The notes under the pieces are model-generated. The model was not told the origin of the DNA. It worked only from the letters and a program-made list of their open reading frames with translations, and ran no database searches. A stretch of 63,973 bases of DNA, the filler included, from Chiloscyllium plagiosum (lineage: Eukaryota): the NCBI RefSeq assembly GCF_004010195.1. It is 3 parts of one record of this genome, joined end to end, with 100 filler letters (N's around TTAATTAATTAA, not from the genome) between each part and the next. Parts side by side here need not be neighbours in the genome. Positions count along the whole stretch, not along the records: positions 29,240 to 60,709 come from NC_057714.1; 2 more parts are not named here. One strand, written 5' to 3'. This document shows, one piece after another, positions 50,499-60,809 of the stretch (position 1 is its first letter; each line of letters starts with the position of its first letter). The translations under genes were made by a program, and so were the position numbers.

Positions 50499-51784
50499 TT
50501 TAAAGCTACTCACAAAATGGACCCATCAATACTGTAATGTTCAGTGTGCCAGTTAGATTGTGCTTGTAAAGGAGACCCTGTAATTTTTTCATTTGTTCAT
50601 GGGCTTTTGACCAACAGAAACAAGATCTTGTAAGGCTGGCTAACTAATAGGTTTTGCAGTTTCCGAGTTTTCTCAAAGGACCTGAACTTTATCTCCTACG
50701 TCTCATGCCAGTGAGGATATCCTAATGGTGGGGCTAAATTTAGGCCTACCATGTGACTTCCTATAAATATACAAGCAGCCATGAGACAGCTGATTTCTAT
50801 TAAAGCTGCTGAAATAGCTGGCTGCTGGAACTTCTAAGAGTTTTGTAATATATGGAACTAAAACTGTAACGCTTCTGTGGAGTGAATTCATTTTAGAGAG
50901 TGATGTAATTAAAAATCTTTGCATCCACCCCCATCCCACCAGCCCACCTCCTCACCCCTGCCTCATCATTCATATTTCTCGACACAGTAACTACTGTGAC
51001 GAGCTGTCAGGCAATTAGGACCAAGCTACTTATCCAATCTGAAGTCATTTGTGGAGCTATCTTAGCACTTTAAAAAGGGCTCAACTTTCCTTTTAGCTTC
51101 TTGCTCCGTCCAAATGCAAATAGCTTGGATTTCTTACAAATGCATTACTCAGCCTAGCGACCGCAAGCCTTTTAAGGAAGATGTTGAGCATTCTTAGTCA
51201 GTTAGCCTGATCCAAGTTAAATGAGAAAGGAAGTAGGGGAGGAAAGGAAAGAAAGGCTGTAGTAAAATTGTAATAGTATTGATTAAGTAAGTTTGCCACT
51301 TCACCACATTGAGTTTGTGCAGTGGAGTGCAATATTCTTTTGCAGGATTTTGCAAGTATGGAACTCCAATGTCTCATTGTTTTTTCCTTTCCCTGCCATC
51401 CAAACAGATTTTTTAAAAATCAAAGCTTATTGTCACCACCCACCACCTAGTTTTTTTAGGCTCATTTTATCTTCTTTCTTCAACCTTTTACATTGGCCTT
51501 TGACCTTTCCCCAGGGTTATCAATTTAAAATAAACTACCTTCTAAAAAAAGTTGATCTGCAGAGTGTTACTCCACTGTGATCTTTTCAATGCTGCTATTT
51601 ATTGAGAATTTTAAACATTCAGACCATGATCTAACAGCTCCTGTGTGGATCTCTGCACTGATTTAGCTCTTCAAATGGAGTGTTGATAAAGTTGTAATCA
51701 GCTTGCAATTCGACATGATGAGCAATAAATCCTCTCACAAGTGGGATTCAGAGGCAGACCACCCAACAATTCAGATAAGATCAC

Positions 51785-52114
51785 AGAATACTAACAGTGA
51801 GGAACAAGCCATTTGGCCCAACAAGTCCACACCAACCCTTTGAAGAGTAACCCACTCAGAATCATTCCCCTACCCTATCACTCTACCCTTACCCCTGACT
51901 AATGCACCTAATCTACACATCCCTGAACACAATGGGCAACTTAGCATTACCAGTTCATGTAACCTGTACTGTGGGAGGAAACTAGAGCACCTGGATGAAA
52001 CCCAAGCAGACACGGGGAGAATCACCACGCAGACAGGTGCCTGAGGCCGGTATCAAACTAGGGTCCCTGCCGCTGTGAGGCAGACATGCTAACCACTGAG
52101 CCACTGTGCAGCCC
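51785..52114 (-). mobile_element. HE1-type V-SINE, decayed
   Basis: Antisense head gctaaccactgagccactgtg and V-domain gcagacacggggagaa. Confidence 0.85.
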
Positions 52115-52164
52115 CAAAAGTCAAGTCAAAAAATCCCTCGAATTTTTCAGTTGATGTATAGCAT

Positions 52165-52260
52165 CAGACGTCTGACCTCAGGATGTTCAAGAACATTTTT
52201 AAAGCCAATGTGGACTTTTGAGGTCTAGCTACTGCTGTAATTTAGGAAATGTTGAAAGAG
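52165..52260 (-). mobile_element. Deu-domain SINE 3' remnant
   Basis: gacctcaggatgttc...aagccaatg...ttttgagg...ctgtaat.taggaaa, antisense to the DeuSINE tail. Confidence 0.5.
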
Positions 52261-53077
52261 GAATTTAAATCAATAAGTTCAACCACTGTAATGATAGGAT
52301 TATGGTCCCCAATTCTTTCTCCCCTCCCCTTTTCCATAGATGGCAGATGTCCTATCATTTGTTATTCAAATTGCTATCTCCTTCAGATGTGAGTGAAAGT
52401 ATTGTTTCACTGGAGAGGCTTTAACAAGCTGAGCTGCATCTGGTTCTTAATTGATATCCATGTACTCACATGGACATTCCAGCAGGTGTCACCAGATATT
52501 AACCAGCAGTAGATCACTCGATCCTCCCTCATATCCCTAGTCCATGAAAACTGAAGTGACTAGTCATCTTATGTCAACTAGTTCAGCTCAGACCAGCTCA
52601 GATATTGAATCTGGCACTTCCTGACCTGTAACATTATATCAGCCAGTGTGTTTACTCATATACTAATTGAGGGAAGGATTTGTTTTCAGATTTAAATGGG
52701 ATACATATCACAGCAAAGTTGTGGAATGCATTAATGACTGTTGCATCTTGTGGCAGAATTCTATATTTCTGATTCTGATTCCAACCTACCGTGACCAAAG
52801 GTTTTATCATATTTAACATTCCCTATAGACATTCTGGTTGTGTTTCACTGGCACCAAGACATGCCATTAATTTCCTAATGATGATATTAAAGCTAGGCCC
52901 CAGTGATATCATTCAATGCCTCCATTTGCAGCTGTGTTGTGTGAAATCATTGCCCTTCAAGACCCTCTTCAGATGCACAGCAATTTGAGGGGCCTTCTGT
53001 CACTTTCCACCGTATTATGGCAGTGCCCATTTCACTTTGAATATTCACTGTTATTGAGATTGAACTTCAAATGACAT

Positions 53078-53383
53078 GATTAGATTACTTACAGTGTGGA
53101 GACAGGCCCTTCGGCCCAACAAGTCCACACCGACCCATGCAGAGCAACCCATCCAGACCCATTCCCCTACATTTAACCCTTCACCTAATACTACGGACAA
53201 TTTAGCATGGCCAATTCACCTAACCTACACATCTTTGGACTATGGGAGGAAACCAGAGCACCCGGAGGGAACCCGTAGAGACACGTGCAAACTCCACACA
53301 GACAGTTGCCCAAGGCGGGAGTTGAACCCAGGTCTCTGACACTGTGAGGCAGCAGTGCTAACTGCTATGCCACCATGCCGCCC
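53078..53383 (-). mobile_element. HE1-type V-SINE
   Basis: gattagattacttacagtgtgga tail through gccaccatgccgccc head. Confidence 0.92.
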
Positions 53384-54599
53384 TATGTCCCTTATGTTCA
53401 TGAAGGAAGAAAAGGCATAGATTACTTCAGCTGCTGATGGTCTATGCCACTGGGCTGTATCATTTCATGCATACAAAAACAGAGGCATGTCTACCTGATA
53501 ATAACAGGATGGTGCTGAATGCATAAGGTCAAGACATAAGGCCAAGTGTAGAGGGTTGCCAGCTGCAACAAAAGCCATTTAGCATCAAATAAGCTCCGTA
53601 GGCGAACACTGCCACTGGTATCATTGGTCAGCTTTTATTTTTATTCATTCAAGGGATTGGGGCATCACTGGCAAGGTCAGCATTTATTGTCTATCCATAA
53701 TTGCCCTTGAGAAGCTGATGATGAGCTGCCTCTGTGAACTGTGTAGCCAAGTCCCAGGAGCGGCAGCGGTGTTTAGCATTGCCACTGCTCTAGTAATCCA
53801 GGGTCCCAGGCTAAACCTTTGCCAAGGTGATTATGAGTCCACCATGGCAGATGGTGAAACTTGAATTTGATTGATAAATCTGGAATTCAATTCTAGATTA
53901 ATGAAGACCATATATGAGCCTCATATCTGTGAATGATTCTTTTTAAAAACAATGTGTCGGCATGCCCATAATGTTTTAGAAAGGAAGTCAAATGGTTTTG
54001 ACAGTGAAGGAACAGCTATACAGTTCCATGTCAGGATGGGGCATTTATATGGTGATTTTAACATAGCAAAATGGCTTTCACTAGGAAGATTCTCATACAA
54101 AATATTTTAAGGAGTTGCCAGAATGGGGGAAGGTTTTAAAAGGTGTCCGAAAGGAGAGAAAAACCTGAGAAGGGGTTTATGAGGAAATTCCAAAGCCTAA
54201 AGACTGTATATAACTTAATAAGGTATTGTGGATCTGCCATTCAGAAACATGAGCTTGAATCATTTGGAATTAAAAATGTTCAATTTTATCTCCCGACTTG
54301 GGAGAAAGTGTCGGCAAAGATGAAGTTTTGATGATGGGGATGGGGTTTGGGAGGTCAGGGGGCAGATGCAGGTTGCAGTAAAGCCAACCAATCCCATAAA
54401 GAACTCAGGGGTGACCACAGAGAAGGCTGAGCATCAAGGCAATCTGTTTAAAAAGACAACCTCAAATGATGGAAGATCTGGTGTCCAGGAGCCACTGTCA
54501 GGTCAGGTGGTATATAAATATCAGGCAATTTACCATTTATCAAGAAACAACAGTATAAATAAGATGTTTCGGATAAATAGAAGGAAAAGTACACAAGCT

Positions 54600-54950
54600 G
54601 TTTTTTATTCATTCACGGGATGAGGATGTCACTGGCTAGACCATAATTTATTGCCCATCATGACTTGTTCAGAGGGCAGTTAAGAGTCAACGACATTGCT
54701 TTGGGTCTGGAATCACATGTCGGCCAGACCAGGTAAGGATGGCAATTTCCTCCTCTAAAGGACATTCGTGAATCAGATGGATTTTGCTGAAAACTGAAGC
54801 AGGTTTCATGGTCATCATCATCTTAATTCCAGACTTTTTTTAAAAATGCATTCAAACTAAACCATCTGCCATGATGGGATTCAAACCTGGATCCCCAGAA
54901 CATTACCTGTGTTGATAGTCCAGCAGTAATACCGCAAGGACGTCACCTCC
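54600..54950 (-). mobile_element. tRNA-derived shark SINE (second family), near full length
   Basis: ttttttattcattcacgggatg tail, gggtctggaatcacatgt core and antisense B-box gggattcaaacc. Confidence 0.8.
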
Positions 54951-55679
54951 TTGAAACTGTGGCACCTAAAGACATTGTACTGATACTGAGACTAAATGGC
55001 CAGTTAACAAGGACTATGTTAATCTTGATAACATTGTGCTCTTGAACTTAAATGTTAAGGAACTCTCTTCCGGGTCTTCCTCCATATTCCCTGGCCTATC
55101 TTCCATCTGAAGATGGCTGCGACCTGATGAATGCTTGCAATCTACTTTATCTCTAGGACTGCTCGTTCATCACATGTTTGACAATGAGTACAGAACAGTA
55201 TTCCAACATTCAGATGGATCCCTGGGTTCTCAACCAAGCCACATTTGGCATTCATGCTCATAGAAGGATGCCAACAAAATGCCCGAAAACACATCTCAGC
55301 AATTCTGGGAGAAACAAGACACCTCTACCCCCACTCACTGACTGCTACCTTATTTTCACTTCACCAGCCATTACAAAGGGGTCTGGAGACATGTTACATT
55401 TGTTTCTTTGACAACAACCTTAGGTTTTGGTCTCCTTGTTTTTATATCAGCTACTGGAAATCAATTTTGTTTTTTTTTAATAACTTAAAAAACACTTTCC
55501 CAATCTTCAAATATACATTGAAAATATTATGCAATACAGTACGAGAAGCTTGGTCCTTCACCAAGACTGTGCCAATTCCTAATCCTTATTTCGACCCACT
55601 ACTTATTGCCCAAGCTCAGTTTCTATCCCTTCGTTCACCTCCTGATCATGTGACCATCAAGATATGCCTTAAATATTGC

Positions 55680-56990
55680 TAATGTGTCTGCTTCCACCAT
55701 CTCTACTGCCAATGTGTTTCAGACACCCAGCACCCTCTGTTTGAGGAATTTTCTCTGCCCTTCTCCCCTGAACCTCCCCCCTCTTACCTTGAACCTGTGC
55801 CTTCTTGTAGTTGACCTTTCCACCCTGGGAAAAAGCTTCTAGCTATCCACCCTATTTATGCTTCTCATAATGTTGTCGACCTCTATTTGGTCAGCCCTCA
55901 GCCATTGTCTTTCCAGTGAAAACATTCAAAATTAATCCAACCTCTCCTCATAACTAAAACTTTCGAGACCAGGCAGTGGGGTGGCACAGTGGCACAGTGG
56001 TTAGCATTGCTGCCTCACAGTGCCAGTGACCCTGGTTCAATTCCAACCTTGGGCACCTGTGTGTGTGGAGCTTGCACATTCTCCCCGTGTCTGCGTGGGT
56101 TTCCTCCGGGTGCTCCGGTTTCCTCCCACAATCCAAAGATGTGCAGGTTAGGTGAATTGGCCATGCTAAATTGCGCATAGTGTTAGGTGCATTAGTCAGG
56201 GTGGGTTGCTCTTCGGAGGGTCAGTGTTGGGCTGAAGGGCCTGCTTCCACACTGTAAGAAATCTATTCTAATCTAATCGTGTCATGGTAACCTCTGCATC
56301 TTCTTCAAAACATCCATATCCTTCTGGTAGTGTGGCAAGCTGAACTGCAAGCAATATTTTAAATGTAACCCAACTAAAGTTTTGTACAGCTGTAATGTAA
56401 CTTGCCAACTTTTATATTTGATGCTTCGGCCGATGAAGCATGCTGCACTCCTTTTTGACCGCCTTATAATCCTGTGTTTCCACTATCAGGGATCTGTGGA
56501 CCTGTTCCCCCAGATCCCTGTGTATGTCAATGCTCCCAAGGGTTCTGCCATTTACTGTATCATTTGCACCTGAATTTAATCTTCCAAAATGCATCACCTC
56601 ACATTTATAGACACAGTCATAGAGATGTACAACACAGAAACAGACCCTTCAGTTCAACTTGCCCATGCCAACCAGATATCCTAAATTAATCTGGTCCCAC
56701 TTGCCAGCACTTGGCCTATATCACTTTAACCTTTCCTATTCATATATCCATCCAGATGCCTTTTAAATGTTATAATTGTACCAGTCTCGACAACCTCCTC
56801 TGGCAGCTTATTCCATATATGCACCACAGTGTGCATGAAAAAGTTGTCCCTTAGGTCCCTTTTAATTCTTTGCCCTCTCGCCTTAACCCTATGCCCTCTG
56901 GACTCTGCTACCCTGGTGAAAAGACCTTGGTTATTTGGACTATCCACATACTGTTTCAAAAAACCCTCCTGGACACACCAAACAAATTGC
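55680..56990 (-). mobile_element. Nested CR1 fragments with an HE1 insertion
   Basis: Antisense CR1 3' ORF2 at 55680-55975 and 56280-56600; HER1 tail gtcatagagatgtac at 56616-56930. Confidence 0.8.
55978..56277 (+). mobile_element. HE1-type V-SINE
   Basis: gggtggcacagtggcacagtggttagc head and ctattctaatctaat tail. Confidence 0.92.
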
Positions 56991-57245
56991 TTTACTGACA
57001 AGAATTTCTTTTTTTTAATTCTTGTGTGCCATTATCAGCTTTAATTATCAGTGTTCCTTTTACACTATCCAAACATTTCTTCTAAATAGCTTTTAGGTTC
57101 TTCATCCCAAATTTCCAAACTCCTGTGTGTGTTAAAGATGGGGAAGAAAAATAACAGACAATAAATGTTTTACTCCACTGTGAATGGCAGATGAAAACGT
57201 CTCTCAAATAAATTGGGAAAAATAATCTGGCAACCTGTAATTAAT

Positions 57246-57420
57246 TAGAACAAACACAGAGAATGCTGGAGAAACTCAGCAGGTATGGCAGCATCTGTGG
57301 AGTGAGAACGGAGTGAATGTTTTGAGTCTGGTGTGACTTCTTCAGAACTGAGAGGTGTTGGAAAATATTTCTTTTTATAGTGCTGACAGCAGCAGAGGGC
57401 TGGTGTGAAAGACAAAGAGG
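57246..57420 (-). mobile_element. PLE terminal-repeat fragment with decayed hammerhead
   Basis: Minus strand ctgaaga-agtc-acacca-gact-caaaac at about 57319-57345. Confidence 0.65.
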
Positions 57421-57764
57421 TTGTTGATGGAAACTTCAATGGAATTAATTCAGATATGCCTGTGTTGCATAAGCTTTTAAAATTATGGTAATTACATTAT
57501 TATTAGAATTATTACAGAGTGAATGCAGCATTGATACTTTTCAGCAATTAACTAGCAGTTAAAATCATACCCAGCTTCAATGTAAGTTGGAACCTCAGGT
57601 AATTATCAGTGGAATCGTTCTTTCTTAGAAAATATCTGTTCTTTATTAACAAATGTGGGTGCTCTTCTCAAAAGCCTGTTAGTGCCACACTCTAGGATTA
57701 GTGTTAGTGTTAAGTCCCCACACTCTAGCAACATCCTTGCAGACATGGCCAATTCAGAATATAA

Positions 57765-58330
57765 GAAATGCCATGTTGCAGCTGTACAGGACATTGGATA
57801 GACCTTTTTTGGAATACTGTGTGCAATTCTGGCCTCCCTGCTATAAGAAGGATATTGTTAAACTTGAAACAGGTTCAGAAAAGATTGACAAAGATGCTGC
57901 CAGGGGTCGAGGGTTTGAGTTGTTGGGCAATGCTGACTCGGCTGGGGCTGTTTTCCCTGGAATATCGGAGGCTGTGGGTGACCTTATAGAGGTTTATAAA
58001 ATCATGAGGGGCATGTTTAGGGTGAATAGCCAAGGGTATTTTCACCAGGGTAGCCAAGTCCAAAACTGGAGGGCATGGGTTTAAGATGAGAGGGAAAAAT
58101 TTAAGAGGGATGTATGGATCAATGTTTCTCACATGGAAGATGGTGCATGTTTGAAATGAGATGCCAGAGGTGGTGGAGGCTGATACAATTACAACACCGA
58201 AAAGGCATCTGGATGGTATTTGAATAGGAAGGGTTTAGGGGAATACGGGCAAAATGCTGTCAAATGGGGCTAGATTAATTTAGGATATCTGGTTGGATCG
58301 AAGAGTCTGTTTCCATGCTGTATAGTTCTC
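57765..58330 (+). mobile_element. CR1/HER1 3' fragment
   Basis: MLQLYRTL.RP.LEYCVQFW.P, GDLIEVYKIM and HER1 tail. Confidence 0.9.
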
Positions 58331-58384
58331 TGTAACACTGTGGCTAAACAATAGCAAGAGAAGACAGCACTGCCTCTTGAGACT

Positions 58385-59345
58385 ACCCCACCATTCAACA
58401 CAATAATGGCTGATCTTAAACTTTATCTTCAATCTCCCACCTCTTCCTCATATCCCTTAATTCCCTAGAATAAAATTGGCTATCTCATGATTAAGCACAT
58501 TCAGTGACAGTACATCTGCTAGGGTAGGGAATTCCAAACATTCATGACCCTGTGAATAAAAATTTTCTCTATACCCTAATCCTAAATGCTCTATCCTGAA
58601 ATGTTACTCCTTAATTCAGATTCCTCAGTCAGTGTGCACCCTGTCAAACCCATTTTATAACTGTGTATGTTGCAGTGAGATAACCTCTCATACATTTAAT
58701 CTCCTGAGAGTCTAGATCCAATTTACCCAATCTCTCATCGGGTAAGCCTCCAATTCTGGGGCCAATTAATGAACCTTCAATACAAAAGTATTTTTGCCTG
58801 AACAGGGAAACCGGAACTGTGTATAGTGCACCAGGTGTAATTTCACAAAAGTCCCAAACAATCAGAGTAAAATAATTCTTTTACTCCAATTTCTTTGGAA
58901 CAAAGAACAACTTGCCATTTATTTTACTAATTGCTTGCTGTACCTGCAGGCTAATGTTTTGTGTTTCTTGTATGGGTATGCCCAAGTCTCTTTGTTCATC
59001 TACATTTACAAATTAAATATCTTTTTAAAATAATCCTGCTGTTTTATTCTTATAATCAAAGAAAAAAACCTCCCACTTTCCCACAGTATTCTCCATCTGC
59101 CAACTTGCTGCGTCCTCATTTAACCCATCCACAACTTACTCACAGCTTTTTTACGCCTGCCTCACAGCTTGTGTTCCCATGTAGCTTTGTATCATCAGCA
59201 AACATAGACAGATTACTGTGTCTTTGTCTAATTCATTGATACAGATTGCAGATAGCTGAGGCCCCAACAGAGGTCCTTGTGACACTCACTTATTCACAGA
59301 CTGCCAACTAAAAAAATGCCCTTATTGATCCCTACCCGTTATTTC
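58385..59345 (-). mobile_element. Old CR1-type LINE 3' part
   Basis: Antisense tttgctgatgatacaaag (FADDTK) at 59185-59202 and a QG..LG remnant at about 59260-59285. Confidence 0.7.
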
Positions 59346-59989
59346 CAGTCAATGACCAATCAGCAAGATCACCTGGAGATTAATCCAGGTCGTTAATACA
59401 GCAGCCATGAAGGATGTTTATTCAAGTCAGGGTAATGTATGACTTAAGGGAGAGCTAGGATGGTGTTGTCATGTACTTGTTGCTTGTGCTCTGCTCTGCA
59501 AGAGGTTCCCAAATCTGACAATTGCATGAGACACTGCACAAATTAAAGTTGGGTCAACCTATGACATGGGGTGAGATTTTACCCAAAATCAATGCAAGGA
59601 AATTTGGCACGTCAACTCATTAAATAAGATGTTATGGGAAAGATTGGGTGCCTATTGCTTTCTTGCCACACCATAACTTTACAAATGACAGAAAGGCATT
59701 GCGTGGGTATTGGGTAAATAATGGGCAACTAAAATGCTGACTTCTAGGCTTACCCCTCTTCCATTCAGATTCCATTCCGTCAGGGAGAGAAGATGGTATC
59801 CAATGTGTAGTCCAGCAGGTTTGATCCTGTAGGCTAAGGAAATTGAAAGGGAATACTGGGAATATTTCTTTCCAGTTTTCCAGTGCCAATCGGAAATCCC
59901 GATAATGCTTTGATTTTTCAACTCAGTTTTACAATCTGTCCTGACCTTTCCAACATCTGGGAAATTTTGAAGATTACAACCAATACATA

Positions 59990-60130
59990 CAATGGCAGAT
60001 GGAATGTAATTTAGATAAATGCGAGGTGCTGCATTTTGGGAAAGCAAATCTGAGCGGGACTTATACGCTTAATGGCAAGGTCCTGGGGAGTGTTGCTGGA
60101 CAATGAGACCTTGGAGTGCAGGTTCATAGT
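59990..60130 (+). mobile_element. CR1/HER1 internal fragment
   Basis: Close match to 1200-1335 (KC.VLHFG...RDLGVQVH). Confidence 0.85.
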
Positions 60131-60709
60131 TCTGTGGTTCTGTTCGCCGAGCTGGAGGTTTTTTGTTGCAAACGTTTCGTCCCCTGTCTAGGTGACATCC
60201 TCAGTGCTTGGGAGCCTCCTGTGAAGCGCTTCTGTGGTGTTTCCTCCGGCATTTATAGTGGCCTGTCCCTGCCGCTTCTTTTCAGTTTCAGCTGTCTGCT
60301 GTAGTGGCCGGTATATTGGGTCCAGGTCGATGTGTTTGTTGATGGAGTTTGTGGATGAGTGCCATGCTGCTAGGAATTCCCTGGCTGTTCTTTGTTTCGC
60401 TTGCCCTATAATTGTAGTGTTGTCCCAGTCAAATTCATGTTGCTTGTCGTCTGCGTGTGTGACTATTAGGGATAGCTGGTCATGTCGTTTCGTGGCTAGT
60501 TGATGTTCGTGGATGCAGATTGTTAGCTGTCTTCCTGTTTGTCCTATATAGTGTTTTGTGCAGTCCTTGCATGGGATTTTGTACACTACATTAGTTTTGC
60601 TCATGCTGGGTATCGGGTCCTTCGTTCTGATGAGTTGTTGTCTGACAGTGGCTGTTGGTTTGTGTGCTGTTATAAGTCCTAGTGATCGCAGTAGTCTGGC
60701 TGTCATTTC
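60131..60709 (-). mobile_element. Penelope/Poseidon-like element 3' end: GIY-YIG endonuclease and terminal repeat
   Basis: NVVYKIPCKDCTKHYIGQTGRQL..IHEH ... H.FDW ... REFL.AWH..SIN; ORF open until the gap. Confidence 0.92.
60168..60207 (-). ncRNA. Minimal type I hammerhead ribozyme motif of the PLE
   Basis: Minus strand GCA CTGAGGA t GTCACCT agac AGGGGAC GAA ACGT T TGC: complete core, stem II with one mismatch, palindromic ACGT stem III and 3-bp stem I. Confidence 0.75.
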
Positions 60710-60809
60710 NNNNNNNNNNNNNNNNNNNNNNNNNNNNNNNNNNNNNNNNNNNNTTAATTAATTAANNNNNNNNNNNNNNNNNNNNNNNNNNNNNNNNNNN
60801 NNNNNNNNN
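60710..60809. other. Artificial contig-joining spacer N44-TTAATTAATTAA-N44
   Basis: Same structure as 29140-29239. Confidence 0.93.

Noticed and set aside
32080..53030. miR-34/449-type seed GGCAGTG near the RFX cluster (32085 minus, 45675, 53019)
   Set aside because: Downstream bases do not match the mature miRNAs and no pre-miRNA hairpin is evident.
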